A stretch of DNA of 41,131 nucleotides from Candidatus Iainarchaeum sp. (GTDB lineage: Archaea > Iainarchaeota > Iainarchaeia > Iainarchaeales > DTGL01). Positions 17,386 through 26,217 of this stretch are shown piece after piece. Numbering within the stretch: position 1 is the stretch's first letter; the number at the start of each line of letters is the position of its first letter. The translations under genes were made by a program, and so were the position numbers. A model generated the notes under the pieces. It was not told the DNA's origin, made no database searches, and saw nothing but the letters and a program-made list of their open reading frames with translations. The DNA lies in the NCBI GenBank assembly GCA_038886995.1, contig JAWALG010000006.1:1-41131 (forward strand), read 5' to 3'.

Positions 17386-17742
17386 CTATTTTACAATAAT
17401 TAATTCCTTACCATCAATTTTTTTATCAATGATCTCAACTAAATATTGAAAACTACCGCCGCTATCCAATATTTTCTGCTTTGCGGTTTTACTTATGCTA
17501 AATGCAATAACTTTTATCGGAGTTTGCAAGTCACCATCACCAAGCACTTTGCCAGGCACAACAAAAGTCATTCCATTGTATTTTTTGCCTAGGTTTTCAA
17601 GCTTAGCAAGATTTACAACAGGCATTATCCGGGATGGTGCTTCAATGCTGTCAGCTATTTTTTTCCATATTTTTTGCTTGTCAGCTATGGCTTTTTTTCT
17701 TAGTGCGCCCACAAGCTCTTTTGTGTTTGACTTCTTGTTCAT
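17386..17742 (-). CDS. rpl18e: 50S ribosomal protein L18e
   Basis: IW..IA, VNL.KL, VVPGKVLG.G and A..KI...GG. Start 17742 (alternative 17766). Confidence 0.93.
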   Translation of the reverse strand: MNKKSNTKELVGALRKKAIADKQKIWKKIADSIEAPSRIMPVVNLAKLENLGKKYNGMTFVVPGKVLGDGDLQTPIKVIAFSISKTAKQKILDSGGSFQYLVEIIDKKIDGKELIIVK

Positions 17743-17774
17743 AAAACCATCTCTTACAAACTTCACAGCAACAT

Positions 17775-17875
17775 TGCAGGAGGGCGGATTCGAACCGCCG
17801 AAGGCACTAAGCCACAGGATCTCTAAACCAAGGGGCTCTTAAGTCCTGCCCCTTTGGCCGCTCGGGCACTCCTGC
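17775..17875 (-). tRNA. tRNA-Leu(UAA) with a 17-nt canonical intron (17821-17837); CCA not encoded
   Basis: Acceptor stem GCAGGAG/CUCCUGC+A, anticodon arm CAGGA-CUUAAG^A-UCCUG, long variable arm and GGUUCGAAUCC T-loop. Intron at 37/38 with a BHB-like fold. Confidence 0.95.
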
Positions 17876-17876
17876 A

Positions 17877-18626
17877 TCATTTGAGTTTTTTTAGCTCATC
17901 TTCGAATGTTTTGCACCTCTCTTTAATTGATTCTATGGCTTTTTCCAACACCATTTGTGGTGTCATAGCGCCATATGTTTCAACCTTTAATATGAAACTG
18001 TTATCTGCTAGATTAAGTTTTAATTTTCCGTTGCTTGCGTCCTCACAACAGAAGCAAAGGTCACAGCTTTCAGGCCTTTCTATCATCACTTTGCCTGCCT
18101 TGTATTCGAGTATCTTTTTTGGGCATGAATTCAATACATTTTTAGCAGTCTTCTCATCTATATCGCCTTCAAGCTTTGGTAATTCGTAATAAGCAATCAG
18201 CGCCGGCTGCCATTTTGCATGTTCTTTGCCGGTGTCAACAACAGCTTCCATTTCAAAGAACACCTGCTGGCCTTCCTTAAGCTTTACTATTGGGACATCT
18301 TTTGATATAATTTCAACATTTGAATCTGAGCACTTTATATCTGAACTGGTAACTATTTTTGGGCCGCGTTCTTTCAGCACAAGCTTGACTTTGTCTCCTT
18401 TTTTGTATATCTTTGGGTCTGTCCTTATGGGTAAAAGTGCAAGTCGCATGCCGATATACTCATCAAAAAGTACTGAGGAATTTTTATGTATTGCGATGTT
18501 CTCAATAGCTAGCACTGGCACATCACTCATGGCACATCTGCGTATAGCATTAATTATCTTTGTATTCGTGCCAGATACTTTTAGTATGCACATATTTTCT
18601 TTTTCTTCAATCTTCTTTATGTTCAT
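17877..18626 (-). CDS. rpoD: RNA polymerase subunit Rpo3 (D)
   Basis: NAIRR...S.VP.LAI, NSS.LFDE, RL.L.P, GKEHAKWQP, a ferredoxin-like Cys cluster (CP...CDLCFCC) and F...VET.G. Confidence 0.96.
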   Translation of the reverse strand: MNIKKIEEKENMCILKVSGTNTKIINAIRRCAMSDVPVLAIENIAIHKNSSVLFDEYIGMRLALLPIRTDPKIYKKGDKVKLVLKERGPKIVTSSDIKCSDSNVEIISKDVPIVKLKEGQQVFFEMEAVVDTGKEHAKWQPALIAYYELPKLEGDIDEKTAKNVLNSCPKKILEYKAGKVMIERPESCDLCFCCEDASNGKLKLNLADNSFILKVETYGAMTPQMVLEKAIESIKERCKTFEDELKKLK

Positions 18627-18635
18627 GTAAAAACC

Positions 18636-19025
18636 TCACTTCTTCTTCCTGAACTTTTTCTTTTTCCTACAGCCATCGTGAGGAATCGGTGTAACATTTT
18701 CTATGTGCTTTATCTGCAAACCATTCCTTGTAAGGCTCCTTATTGCTGCTTCACTGCCTTTTCCGGGCGCGGTGCTTTTATTTCCACCAGGGCCTCTAAC
18801 CCTAACAGTCACTGAATATATGCCTAACTCCCGGGCTTTTTGTGCTATAACTTCAGCAACCTTCATTGCAGTATAGGGGGTGCCTTGCTTATGGTCTGCT
18901 TTTTCTACCATGCCACCGGTGCATTTTGCTATTGTTTCAGCACCAGTTATGTCTGTCAGAAGCATTAGTATGTTGTTCGGCGAAGAATATATATGCACAA
19001 CACCCTCTTTGGTCTTTTCACTCAT
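18636..19025 (-). CDS. rps11: 30S ribosomal protein S11
   Basis: HIYSS.NN, TD.TGAETI, PY.AM, PG.G...AIR.L.R and VTPIPHDG. Confidence 0.96.
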   Translation of the reverse strand: MSEKTKEGVVHIYSSPNNILMLLTDITGAETIAKCTGGMVEKADHKQGTPYTAMKVAEVIAQKARELGIYSVTVRVRGPGGNKSTAPGKGSEAAIRSLTRNGLQIKHIENVTPIPHDGCRKKKKFRKKK

Positions 19026-19563
19026 CCGTTCCACCCCTTGATTTAGCTTTTGTCTGCTGCTGTTGTGAAGACCTTATTTTTTCTTCTATCTTTGGATCAG
19101 CAAACTTTATGCTGTCTTCTTCCTTCTTGAGCACAAGGTAACCCGGTGCAGATACAATGCGGCTTCCTATGCTTATATGCCCATGGGTTATCAATTGTCT
19201 TGCTTGCCTAATTGTCCTGGCCAGACCCTTCCTAAAAACTATTGTCTGGAGCCTCCTTTCAAGTAAGCTTTCAACCTTTATGCCTAAAACATCATCTATT
19301 GTTGCACCCTTTTTTAGAAGACCTATCCTTTCCAAGCTTTCAATCAATGCTCTCTGCTGCTCAACCCTTTTTTCGAGTGGCACTGCAAGCAACCTTCTAG
19401 CAACAATGCGTTTTCTTCTAAGGTATGCCTGTAAAATCAATAGTTCTCTTCTATTCTTTAGGCCATATTTTTCGCATAGTTCTCTTCTCTGTGCAATCTC
19501 ATCTTTTTCCCAAGGTTTTCTTGGATTCTCATACTTGTTCTTAGGCCTTTTAGGATCTCCCAT
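19018..19563 (-). CDS. rps4: 30S ribosomal protein S4
   Basis: MGDP....Y..P..PW, YGLKN.RE and LERRLQT.V.RKGLA....QARQLI.HGHI. Confidence 0.97.
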   Translation of the reverse strand: MGDPKRPKNKYENPRKPWEKDEIAQRRELCEKYGLKNRRELLILQAYLRRKRIVARRLLAVPLEKRVEQQRALIESLERIGLLKKGATIDDVLGIKVESLLERRLQTIVFRKGLARTIRQARQLITHGHISIGSRIVSAPGYLVLKKEEDSIKFADPKIEEKIRSSQQQQTKAKSRGGTDE

Positions 19564-19571
19564 CTAAACAC

Positions 19572-20159
19572 CTACTTTTCCTTAGATTCCCCTTTTTTCG
19601 GCGCTGCTGCCGATTTTACTTCTTTCTTTATTACTCCAACAATGGTTCCTTTGCCTCTATGCGTACTCTTAGTTCTCTGGCCTCTAACAGGTAAGCCCCA
19701 AGCCAACCTAAGGCCTCTGTAGCTTTTTATTGTGTTCAACCTCTTTAGGTCTTCCCTCACTGCAAAGTCCAAATCACCCATTATTTTTTGTTCTGATTTT
19801 GCACTGTAAAAATTTTTCCTTCTGTTTAGGCACCACTCTGGCAGGCCTATTTTTTCAGGGTTTGTAACTATTGATTCCAGCTTAGAAAGCTGTTCATCGC
19901 TTAATTTCCCAACCTTTTCATCAAATCTTACGCCTTCAAGCCTTTCAAATTCTTTTGCGAAAATCATGGCAAGATTACGCCCAATGCCCTTTATTTTAGT
20001 AAGGGCTTGATATATGGGCTTGTTTCCATCTAAATCCACTGAACAAAACCTAACTATATACCTCACTGAGCTTTCCTTTGCTTTGTTTTGTGTACTGGCT
20101 CCAGCCACAGCTAGCTTTTCTGTTTTTTTTGCAGCTTCTTTATCCTTCTTTTCGCTCAT
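19572..20159 (-). CDS. rps13: 30S ribosomal protein S13
   Basis: VR....DLDG, AL..IKGIG, P.W..NRR and I.SYRG.R...GLPVRGQRTKS; charged N-terminal extension. Confidence 0.97.
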   Translation of the reverse strand: MSEKKDKEAAKKTEKLAVAGASTQNKAKESSVRYIVRFCSVDLDGNKPIYQALTKIKGIGRNLAMIFAKEFERLEGVRFDEKVGKLSDEQLSKLESIVTNPEKIGLPEWCLNRRKNFYSAKSEQKIMGDLDFAVREDLKRLNTIKSYRGLRLAWGLPVRGQRTKSTHRGKGTIVGVIKKEVKSAAAPKKGESKEK

Positions 20160-20160
20160 T

Positions 20161-20382
20161 TCACTCTACCTTTTGCACCATTTTTACTATTTCTTCCACT
20201 GATTTGTTTTTAATATCGACCTTCTCTGCTGTGGGAAACAAGTGCCTTATATTGCACTTTTCCTTTTTTCCACTTTTGTAAATGATCTCAGCACCATCTT
20301 TGCTAACATCTATCACGACTACCTTTTCCCCTGCATTGCGACCTTTGCTTTTGTAGCATATTCGGCCCTTTTCAATTGCCAT
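20161..20382 (-). CDS. rpl14e: 50S ribosomal protein L14e
   Basis: IE.GRIC.K..GR.AG..VVVID and NIRHL.PT. Confidence 0.92.
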   Translation of the reverse strand: MAIEKGRICYKSKGRNAGEKVVVIDVSKDGAEIIYKSGKKEKCNIRHLFPTAEKVDIKNKSVEEIVKMVQKVE

Positions 20383-20391
20383 AAAATCACC

Positions 20392-20913
20392 TTACATCTT
20401 TGCCTTAAGCCCTTTCAAATATTTTATTATCACCGCAGCACAATCTTCTTGTGATACTTTATCAATGTTTATTGCGAGATCAAAGTTTTTAGCATCATAT
20501 ATGTTTACCCCTAAAAGGGATAGCAGGTTTGTTCTCAATTCATTTTCTTCTTCATTAAGCATCTCTCTTGCAGCCCCAACAGGTATTTTATCTCTTATTG
20601 TAATTTTTTCAGCCCTAGCTTTTTGTGAGGAATACAAAAAAATCCTCACGGAATTTTCTGCGACCCAGCAGGCTATTGGCCAGTCAATTATGATGTGGGC
20701 CTTTTTTGATTCTTCTTCTATAACCTCCTTGAGTTTTTCTGCAAATTTCTCTTCAGAGAAAACTTTGCCAGGAACACATTTCTCTCCACATTTTTTTAGG
20801 ACTCTGTCTACAAGTTTTTCTTTGGTTAGGTATTTCATCCCAAGCTGTAGCGCCAAAAGCTTACTTATTGTTTCAACACCACTTCCTGGAAGTGAATTTA
20901 ATGTTATAATCAT
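20392..20913 (-). CDS. Cytidylate-kinase-like protein with degenerate catalytic motifs
   Basis: Sits in the cmk slot between L34e and L14e. MIIT...PGSG start, R..KI..RD and I.D...FDL.I keep the fold pattern, but the P-loop reads SLPGSGVET and EGRL reads DWPI. Confidence 0.75.
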   Translation of the reverse strand: MIITLNSLPGSGVETISKLLALQLGMKYLTKEKLVDRVLKKCGEKCVPGKVFSEEKFAEKLKEVIEEESKKAHIIIDWPIACWVAENSVRIFLYSSQKARAEKITIRDKIPVGAAREMLNEEENELRTNLLSLLGVNIYDAKNFDLAINIDKVSQEDCAAVIIKYLKGLKAKM

Positions 20914-20936
20914 CCCGATACCAATATACTTTATCG

Positions 20937-21260
20937 TTAAAATGATTTTAAAGCCTGCTCTATATACTTTATTTCCCTTATATCGCATTCTTTGAGCTTC
21001 TTTATGTCTTCCTTGACTTTTATGGCCTCTTCTACAACTGAATTACGACACTTATTGCACAATGTTCCAGCAAACATGGCAGAAGGCCTTTTTTCACTCT
21101 TGCTTATGCCTTTCACTTGCTTTGTGCCAGAAAGCACAGAATTACACAAAGCGCATGAAGCATTTCCTTTCTTAGATTCTTTTTCGAAATAAATATTAAC
21201 GCTTCCAGAAGGTGTCTTGCGGTAAATTTTTTTCCTTGAACTCTTCGATTTTCTACCCAT
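20937..21260 (-). CDS. rpl34e: 50S ribosomal protein L34e
   Basis: KTPSG, CALC...L.G and SKSEKRP...F.G.LC..C. Confidence 0.93.
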   Translation of the reverse strand: MGRKSKSSRKKIYRKTPSGSVNIYFEKESKKGNASCALCNSVLSGTKQVKGISKSEKRPSAMFAGTLCNKCRNSVVEEAIKVKEDIKKLKECDIREIKYIEQALKSF

Positions 21261-21271
21261 ATAAACACCTT

Positions 21272-21700
21272 TCACTCCTCAAACCTTTTCAGCAATTGCT
21301 GCAATAAAAGTGAAGTTATAAATGAAACAATCACATAATACCAAGCCCACGAGTTGACAATAGGAAATACATGGCCGCTATAACGGTTGCTTAGGATAGG
21401 CCAAAGGAAAATAACTGAGCCAACTGAGATCAACATTAAAGGCAAAGAAGCTTTCATCATCTTAAGGTTCATTTCGATGAGCTCCATGTTCAGCTGGTTT
21501 AAGCGTTCTTGCGAAGCTTTATCATTTTTTTTCATAAGCTCTCTTGCCTCTTTGGTTTTTTCTCTTAGCTTTTTAAAGGCATCTTTTCCAATGGTTCTTT
21601 TCCTTATGAAATGTCCAGCTACCCCAAAAACAACGGCTATTGCTACAGCCAGCATAAATAACTCTATCTCTGGTGAAATCTCACAACACATTAAGAGCAC
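21272..21700 (-). CDS. DUF106/EMC3/TMCO1 (Oxa1-superfamily) membrane protein
   Basis: TM, then coiled coil (KKLREK...MELIEMNLKMMK..LP), then TM and W..YY.I.S TM; conserved position after secY. Start uncertain. Confidence 0.88.
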   Translation of the reverse strand: MLLMCCEISPEIELFMLAVAIAVVFGVAGHFIRKRTIGKDAFKKLREKTKEARELMKKNDKASQERLNQLNMELIEMNLKMMKASLPLMLISVGSVIFLWPILSNRYSGHVFPIVNSWAWYYVIVSFITSLLLQQLLKRFEE

Positions 21701-21769
21701 CTTTTTGAATCAAGCAATAAGCTTATATTGAAAGATATGCTGCTAAAATATAAAAACATTTCACCACCG

Positions 21770-23176
21770 CTATTTCAAAAGCCTCTTGAACAAAGGATGC
21801 ATTTCTTGCACTTTAAGGCGAGTTAACTGCTCATAAAGGTTTTGTATTATCCCAACAGTCAGCAATATGCCTGTTCCTGATGTTAGCGCCCCTAAACTCA
21901 TATCACCTATGCCTGATAGAAGTGCTATAAACAAAGAGCCAAGTACAACAATTGTTGGAATGTACCTTTCTAGTATTTTTACAGTAACCCTGCTGTCACG
22001 CCTGAAGCCAGGTATGTACATGCCTGAACTTTCAAGCTGCTCAGCAATGTCTTCTGGGCTTTGGCCCCCAATAGTTATCCAAAGCTTACCAAACACCACA
22101 CAGGTTATGCTAAACAATATGAGAAATGAAATTGCTTGGGCAATCCTTAAGCTGTACGTCTCGCTAAAAATGACCCCAAAACCACTAGCATACATCTGTC
22201 CAGCAAGCTCAATGAATAGGTTCCTTACACTTTGGTCCTTAAATTTAGCCCACATTCCAGCACCGGTGCTTGGAAGCATTTGTTCACTAAGCTGCTGTCC
22301 AGTAGCCCATGTCAAAGCCCTGCCGACATCACCCACAATCGGCGCATCTCTAAAAATTGCAGTCAGTAGCGATATGTTTGCAAAAAGCGCAGAAGCAAAG
22401 ATCACTGGCAACACTGAAACATAAAGCAGCCTCACAGGGAATCTTCCACCGAGGCCTCCACGGCCAATTGTTATTGGTATGTTTACGTATATTGACTGCG
22501 CATATATTACAACTAAAAACATAACTAGCATCACAAAAATCGGTATTAGCAAAGTTATGCCTGGCGAAGAAATTAGCTGCCAAGCAAGGCCAGCCCTATC
22601 AGCACCAGCGAAAGGTGGTCTGAAGATATTCCAAAGTATGTGGCTGCTAACACCGCCTGCAATGAATAAGCTTATACCAGAGCCAAGACCATATTTGCCT
22701 ATTAGGTCGTCCAGATAGAATATTATTATTGATCCAAGCGTTATTTGAAGACCCAATATTATGATGTCCCCTTTAATGAAACCACTCATAGGATAAACAA
22801 AGCCCTCAAAAAAACAGAAAAGTATAATTGCCAGCTTTTGTATGTTTTGGAATTGTGCCCTACCTTTTGGATCTGCCAAATCTATATCCAAAAGCTTTGC
22901 ACCAACTACAAGCTGAAGAAGAAGCGAAGCAAAGACAATTGGACCTATGCCAGCAGTTGCAAGAGTCCCAATACTACTTCCAAGTATTATCATGAAGTCA
23001 ATGTTGAATGATGCCTCTTCTGTTAGTCCTATCAGCTTTATATGACCAAGAGCAAAAAATATAACCAATGCTATTGCGCTCCACAATAGGCGTCTTTTAA
23101 CAGGCACTTCTCCCAGAGGTCTTTTAACCTCTGGGATGTATGATGAAATTCTTGATAAGGTATCCACTACTGACAT
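21770..23176 (-). CDS. secY: Preprotein translocase SecY
   Basis: PEV..P, GT...GIGPIV.AS..LQL, K.G.GSGISLFIA, P..L.Y.S..P.I, IPGFR, RYIP and GTGILL.V.I. Confidence 0.97.
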   Translation of the reverse strand: MSVVDTLSRISSYIPEVKRPLGEVPVKRRLLWSAIALVIFFALGHIKLIGLTEEASFNIDFMIILGSSIGTLATAGIGPIVFASLLLQLVVGAKLLDIDLADPKGRAQFQNIQKLAIILFCFFEGFVYPMSGFIKGDIIILGLQITLGSIIIFYLDDLIGKYGLGSGISLFIAGGVSSHILWNIFRPPFAGADRAGLAWQLISSPGITLLIPIFVMLVMFLVVIYAQSIYVNIPITIGRGGLGGRFPVRLLYVSVLPVIFASALFANISLLTAIFRDAPIVGDVGRALTWATGQQLSEQMLPSTGAGMWAKFKDQSVRNLFIELAGQMYASGFGVIFSETYSLRIAQAISFLILFSITCVVFGKLWITIGGQSPEDIAEQLESSGMYIPGFRRDSRVTVKILERYIPTIVVLGSLFIALLSGIGDMSLGALTSGTGILLTVGIIQNLYEQLTRLKVQEMHPLFKRLLK

Positions 23177-23184
23177 TATCCCAC

Positions 23185-23634
23185 CTAAGTTTTACTATCC
23201 TCAAAACTTTCCTTCTCTTGATTCTCAGAAGCAAAGACCCCGCCTGCAGAGAGTATTTTCTCTCTTGCTTTTTTTGAAGGAACTGCGTTTAATATCATAA
23301 ATTTTGTTTTTACAGTGCCATTTGACAATATCCTACTGAAACCTAGTTTTTTACCATCAACAATCGCATAGCCATCTTTCAACTCTATTTTTCCAGAAGA
23401 TTTAAGCTTCTCCACAACTTTCTCTAACATTCTTATGCTAATTGCAACTTTCTTTGACTTTGGCTTTAACCTCTTCTTCGGCTCCTCGTTTCTAAAAAGC
23501 ATGAATTTGTGCTTTTTAGCACCAGCTCTGCCGCAGCCGCCCCTTGAGCCGCCACCACGCTTATTTTTAGTGTCTCCCTTGCCATGGGTTCTGTGGCCTC
23601 TTAATTTCTCTTTCTTCTTACGTCTCCTTATCAT
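23185..23634 (-). CDS. rpl15: 50S ribosomal protein L15
   Basis: RG.RTHG.G....RG.GSRGG.G.AG..KH and A.EKI..AGG. Confidence 0.95.
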   Translation of the reverse strand: MIRRRKKKEKLRGHRTHGKGDTKNKRGGGSRGGCGRAGAKKHKFMLFRNEEPKKRLKPKSKKVAISIRMLEKVVEKLKSSGKIELKDGYAIVDGKKLGFSRILSNGTVKTKFMILNAVPSKKAREKILSAGGVFASENQEKESFEDSKT

Positions 23635-23642
23635 AGCAACAC

Positions 23643-24104
23643 CTAAAGCATCCTTTCTATTAGTTCATTTATCTTTTCCCCGCGGTAACCCAAAGCGCCA
23701 CCCGCACTGAAGCTTTTCTTTATGCCTTTCCTGCCGTAACCTTTGCTTGGTGGTCTCATCCTTATCGGCATTTTTATTCCGATCTCTTTTATTTTAATGC
23801 CCCCCTCAATAATCTTTTTTGCTATTTCCTCAAAAGATTTTGCTTTGTACTTATCAAGTGTTTCTTTGCTAATTTTACTGCCATTTTCAAGAACTGCTTT
23901 TTTCTCAATTAATCGTGCCAAGGTTCTTTCGTTTATTTCGCCCCATGTTATGTAGTTTTCAGCTTTCTTGAGCATCTTTAAATCACTGCTTTTTTCATCT
24001 ATCAACACAAGGTTGTTAGGCGCACACAAGTTTAGTAATTTGAGGGTTCTTTTAATTTCTTCTCTCATGTGCACAGTTCCGCGAACTCTGATTGCTACAA
24101 TCAT
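23643..24104 (-). CDS. rpl30: 50S ribosomal protein L30
   Basis: IRVRG, YITWGE, R..PP.KG...IK..F..GGALGYRG.KIN.L..RM. Confidence 0.96.
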   Translation of the reverse strand: MIVAIRVRGTVHMREEIKRTLKLLNLCAPNNLVLIDEKSSDLKMLKKAENYITWGEINERTLARLIEKKAVLENGSKISKETLDKYKAKSFEEIAKKIIEGGIKIKEIGIKMPIRMRPPSKGYGRKGIKKSFSAGGALGYRGEKINELIERML

Positions 24105-24778
24105 TTTGCCACCTTTGCGTGTTTTTCAGATAATGGTTCTTTTTCCTTAATCTTTGCTGTTTTTCTTAGGGCATCAATGCAGGCCCCGACAAAGTTTAAT
24201 TTTATTGGGGTGTTGCCTTTCGTTTTGCTCCAAACATCTTTTATTCCTGCAAGCTCAAGCACCGGCTTTACATTTTTCCCAACGACAAGGCCCACACCTT
24301 TTGGCGCAGGCATTAACGTTACTCTAACTGAAGCGCATTTGCCAGTAACCTCATATTTTATGCTGTGTGGCTCACCACAAGCACATTCCCAGCTTCCGCA
24401 ATGCCTTTTTACAAGTATAAGATTCATCTTTGCATTATATGTTGCCTTTTTCACAGCAGGCCATTTTTCTTTGTCCTTTGCCGTGCCAAAACCCACAATG
24501 CCGTTTCTATTGCCCACAACTACACCAACTCTGAAAGAAAATTTTCTCCCAGCACGCACTACGCGAGCGGTTTTCTGCACATCCACTACTGCGCTTTCCA
24601 TGTTGGGCTCAAGGTAGTCGACAATCTCCGCTTCCATTATGCGTCTGTTGGATAGCAGTATTTCCTCGAGCGACTTTACCTTTCCACTGAGTACATCTCT
24701 TCCAAGGCTAGTTTTTGGAACCCACTGTTCCAATGCCTTTGTGTTAACCTCATTGATGTCTTCAATGTTTTTTTCCAT
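24101..24778 (-). CDS. rps5: 30S ribosomal protein S5
   Basis: WVPKT.LG, GR...F...VVVGN..G.VG, CGSWEC.CG.PHS, PAPKG.GLV and LAGIKDVW. Confidence 0.97.
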   Translation of the reverse strand: MEKNIEDINEVNTKALEQWVPKTSLGRDVLSGKVKSLEEILLSNRRIMEAEIVDYLEPNMESAVVDVQKTARVVRAGRKFSFRVGVVVGNRNGIVGFGTAKDKEKWPAVKKATYNAKMNLILVKRHCGSWECACGEPHSIKYEVTGKCASVRVTLMPAPKGVGLVVGKNVKPVLELAGIKDVWSKTKGNTPIKLNFVGACIDALRKTAKIKEKEPLSEKHAKVAK

Positions 24779-24790
24779 TCTGAACCACCA

Positions 24791-25372
24791 TTATTTTTTC
24801 TGGAATTCTTTGTCAATAGATTCTTTTACCTTGTTAAATATCTCACTTAGATTTCTTGGCTCAATACCCCTTTTAATATATTCAGAAAAGAGCTTCTTTA
24901 ATTCTTCTGGGCTTTTGCTTGAAGCAAACCTTTCTATGCATTTTCCAGTGTAAATGTCCTCATCAGGTATAACTTCTTTGCTAAATGGCACTGATAGACC
25001 GCCATCAATTGCTCCTTTTAAGGCAGCAAAACAACAGCTCTTTCTTATTGGGGTAATTAAGCCAATATCAAAAACCACCTCTTTTATGCCTTTGCTAAGG
25101 CACTTCTTTGCTGCAAGATAACCACAAAGGTAGGCGCTTGGTAAGTTTGCCTTTCCTGGCCAACCATACTTAGCGAGATTTTTTGAATTTACATGTACAA
25201 TTGTTTGGTCTCCTTTAGGAGCGTATTTAACTAACTGAACAATGCAGCTCTTGTTAGATCTCCTAAAGACGAGCCTGTCTTTCCCGGACTTTAGCAAAGC
25301 CAGCCTTTTTATGTAGTTTGTCTTCTTTTTTCTTCTCCTTGCAAATGGAACTTTTCTTGTGCTTGTCATCAC
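24791..25372 (-). CDS. rpl18: 50S ribosomal protein L18
   Basis: RRR..KTNY..RL.LL.S, RLV.R.SN, N.P.AYL.G and FAALKG..DGGL. Confidence 0.96.
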   Translation of the reverse strand: MMTSTRKVPFARRRKKKTNYIKRLALLKSGKDRLVFRRSNKSCIVQLVKYAPKGDQTIVHVNSKNLAKYGWPGKANLPSAYLCGYLAAKKCLSKGIKEVVFDIGLITPIRKSCCFAALKGAIDGGLSVPFSKEVIPDEDIYTGKCIERFASSKSPEELKKLFSEYIKRGIEPRNLSEIFNKVKESIDKEFQKK

Positions 25373-25812
25373 TTACCCTCCTTGATGTAGCGCTCGAGGT
25401 GGCTCTTGCTCTTGAAGTAACCCCCTTTTACCATATTGTACAATTTTCGGTATCTCAAAACCTTAAATTTATCAGGCATCTCTTTTTTGAGTTTCCTAAG
25501 CAAGTTTCTTTGAGCTCTAACATTTGCAATCCAGCCCAACTTTCTTTTTACTCTTGCACTCTTCTTACCCTTCCTTTTTCCCTTCCCCCTTCTTCTGCCT
25601 TTTTCCTTCTGAAGCTTTAGCTTTCTTGCGCGACTTTTGCTTTGCCAATTTTTTTGTATCTTCTTTATAGAACCTTTTCTTATGAGCTCTCTTATATCTT
25701 CCTTTGTTATTGCCTCTTTTATTGCATTTAATTCGTCTGGATTTATCCAGATCTTGCTCTTGCCAACCTTTAAGAGCCTTGATGCAATTTCCCTTGCTTT
25801 TTCAGACCTCAT
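25369..25812 (-). CDS. rpl19e: 50S ribosomal protein L19e
   Basis: L.VG...IWI.P, AIT.EDIR.LI, GRR.G.G.RKG...AR, W...VRA.R and Y..LY...KGG.F. Confidence 0.96.
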   Translation of the reverse strand: MRSEKAREIASRLLKVGKSKIWINPDELNAIKEAITKEDIRELIRKGSIKKIQKNWQSKSRARKLKLQKEKGRRRGKGKRKGKKSARVKRKLGWIANVRAQRNLLRKLKKEMPDKFKVLRYRKLYNMVKGGYFKSKSHLERYIKEGK

Positions 25813-25817
25813 AAAAA

Positions 25818-26207
25818 TCACGCATTAATAACCTTGAGCTTTTTCTCCAATGCTTTCTTTATTAGTATTGCCCTTTTCTTTAGCCCAACTTTTCCAGAGA
25901 TCCTAACAACACAATTTGTGTCTTTAATTTGCTCTAGTTCCTTAAGATTGTTTATGAGAACTTCTTTCAGGCCACTGGGGTGAAGACCTCTTATTTTTTT
26001 TGGTGTTCTGTAGCCAGATCTCGGCTTCTTACCATCTGCTTTTTCAAAGTTAAAGTCGGCTCCTTTCGGATAGCGCCACTTATTCCATTTCTCCTTGCTT
26101 TTTCTCCTAACCGAGCGTTTTCCAAAGTGACCTCTGAATGTTGGCTTTCTCTTTTTCTTTATTAGCTTTTTTGTCTTTGAAAGTTCCGCCTTTTTTTCTT
26201 TATCCAC
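25818..26207 (-). CDS. rpl32e: 50S ribosomal protein L32e
   Basis: P.F, WR.PKG, P..GY..P...RGLHPSG..EVL..N and VG..KR..... Start is approximate. Confidence 0.94.
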   Translation of the reverse strand: MDKEKKAELSKTKKLIKKKRKPTFRGHFGKRSVRRKSKEKWNKWRYPKGADFNFEKADGKKPRSGYRTPKKIRGLHPSGLKEVLINNLKELEQIKDTNCVVRISGKVGLKKRAILIKKALEKKLKVINA

Positions 26208-26217
26208 AATTATCAAC

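Noticed and set aside
18030-18130. Cys cluster in RpoD as a novelty
   Set aside because: A ferredoxin-like Fe-S domain with variable Cys content is a known feature of archaeal Rpo3.
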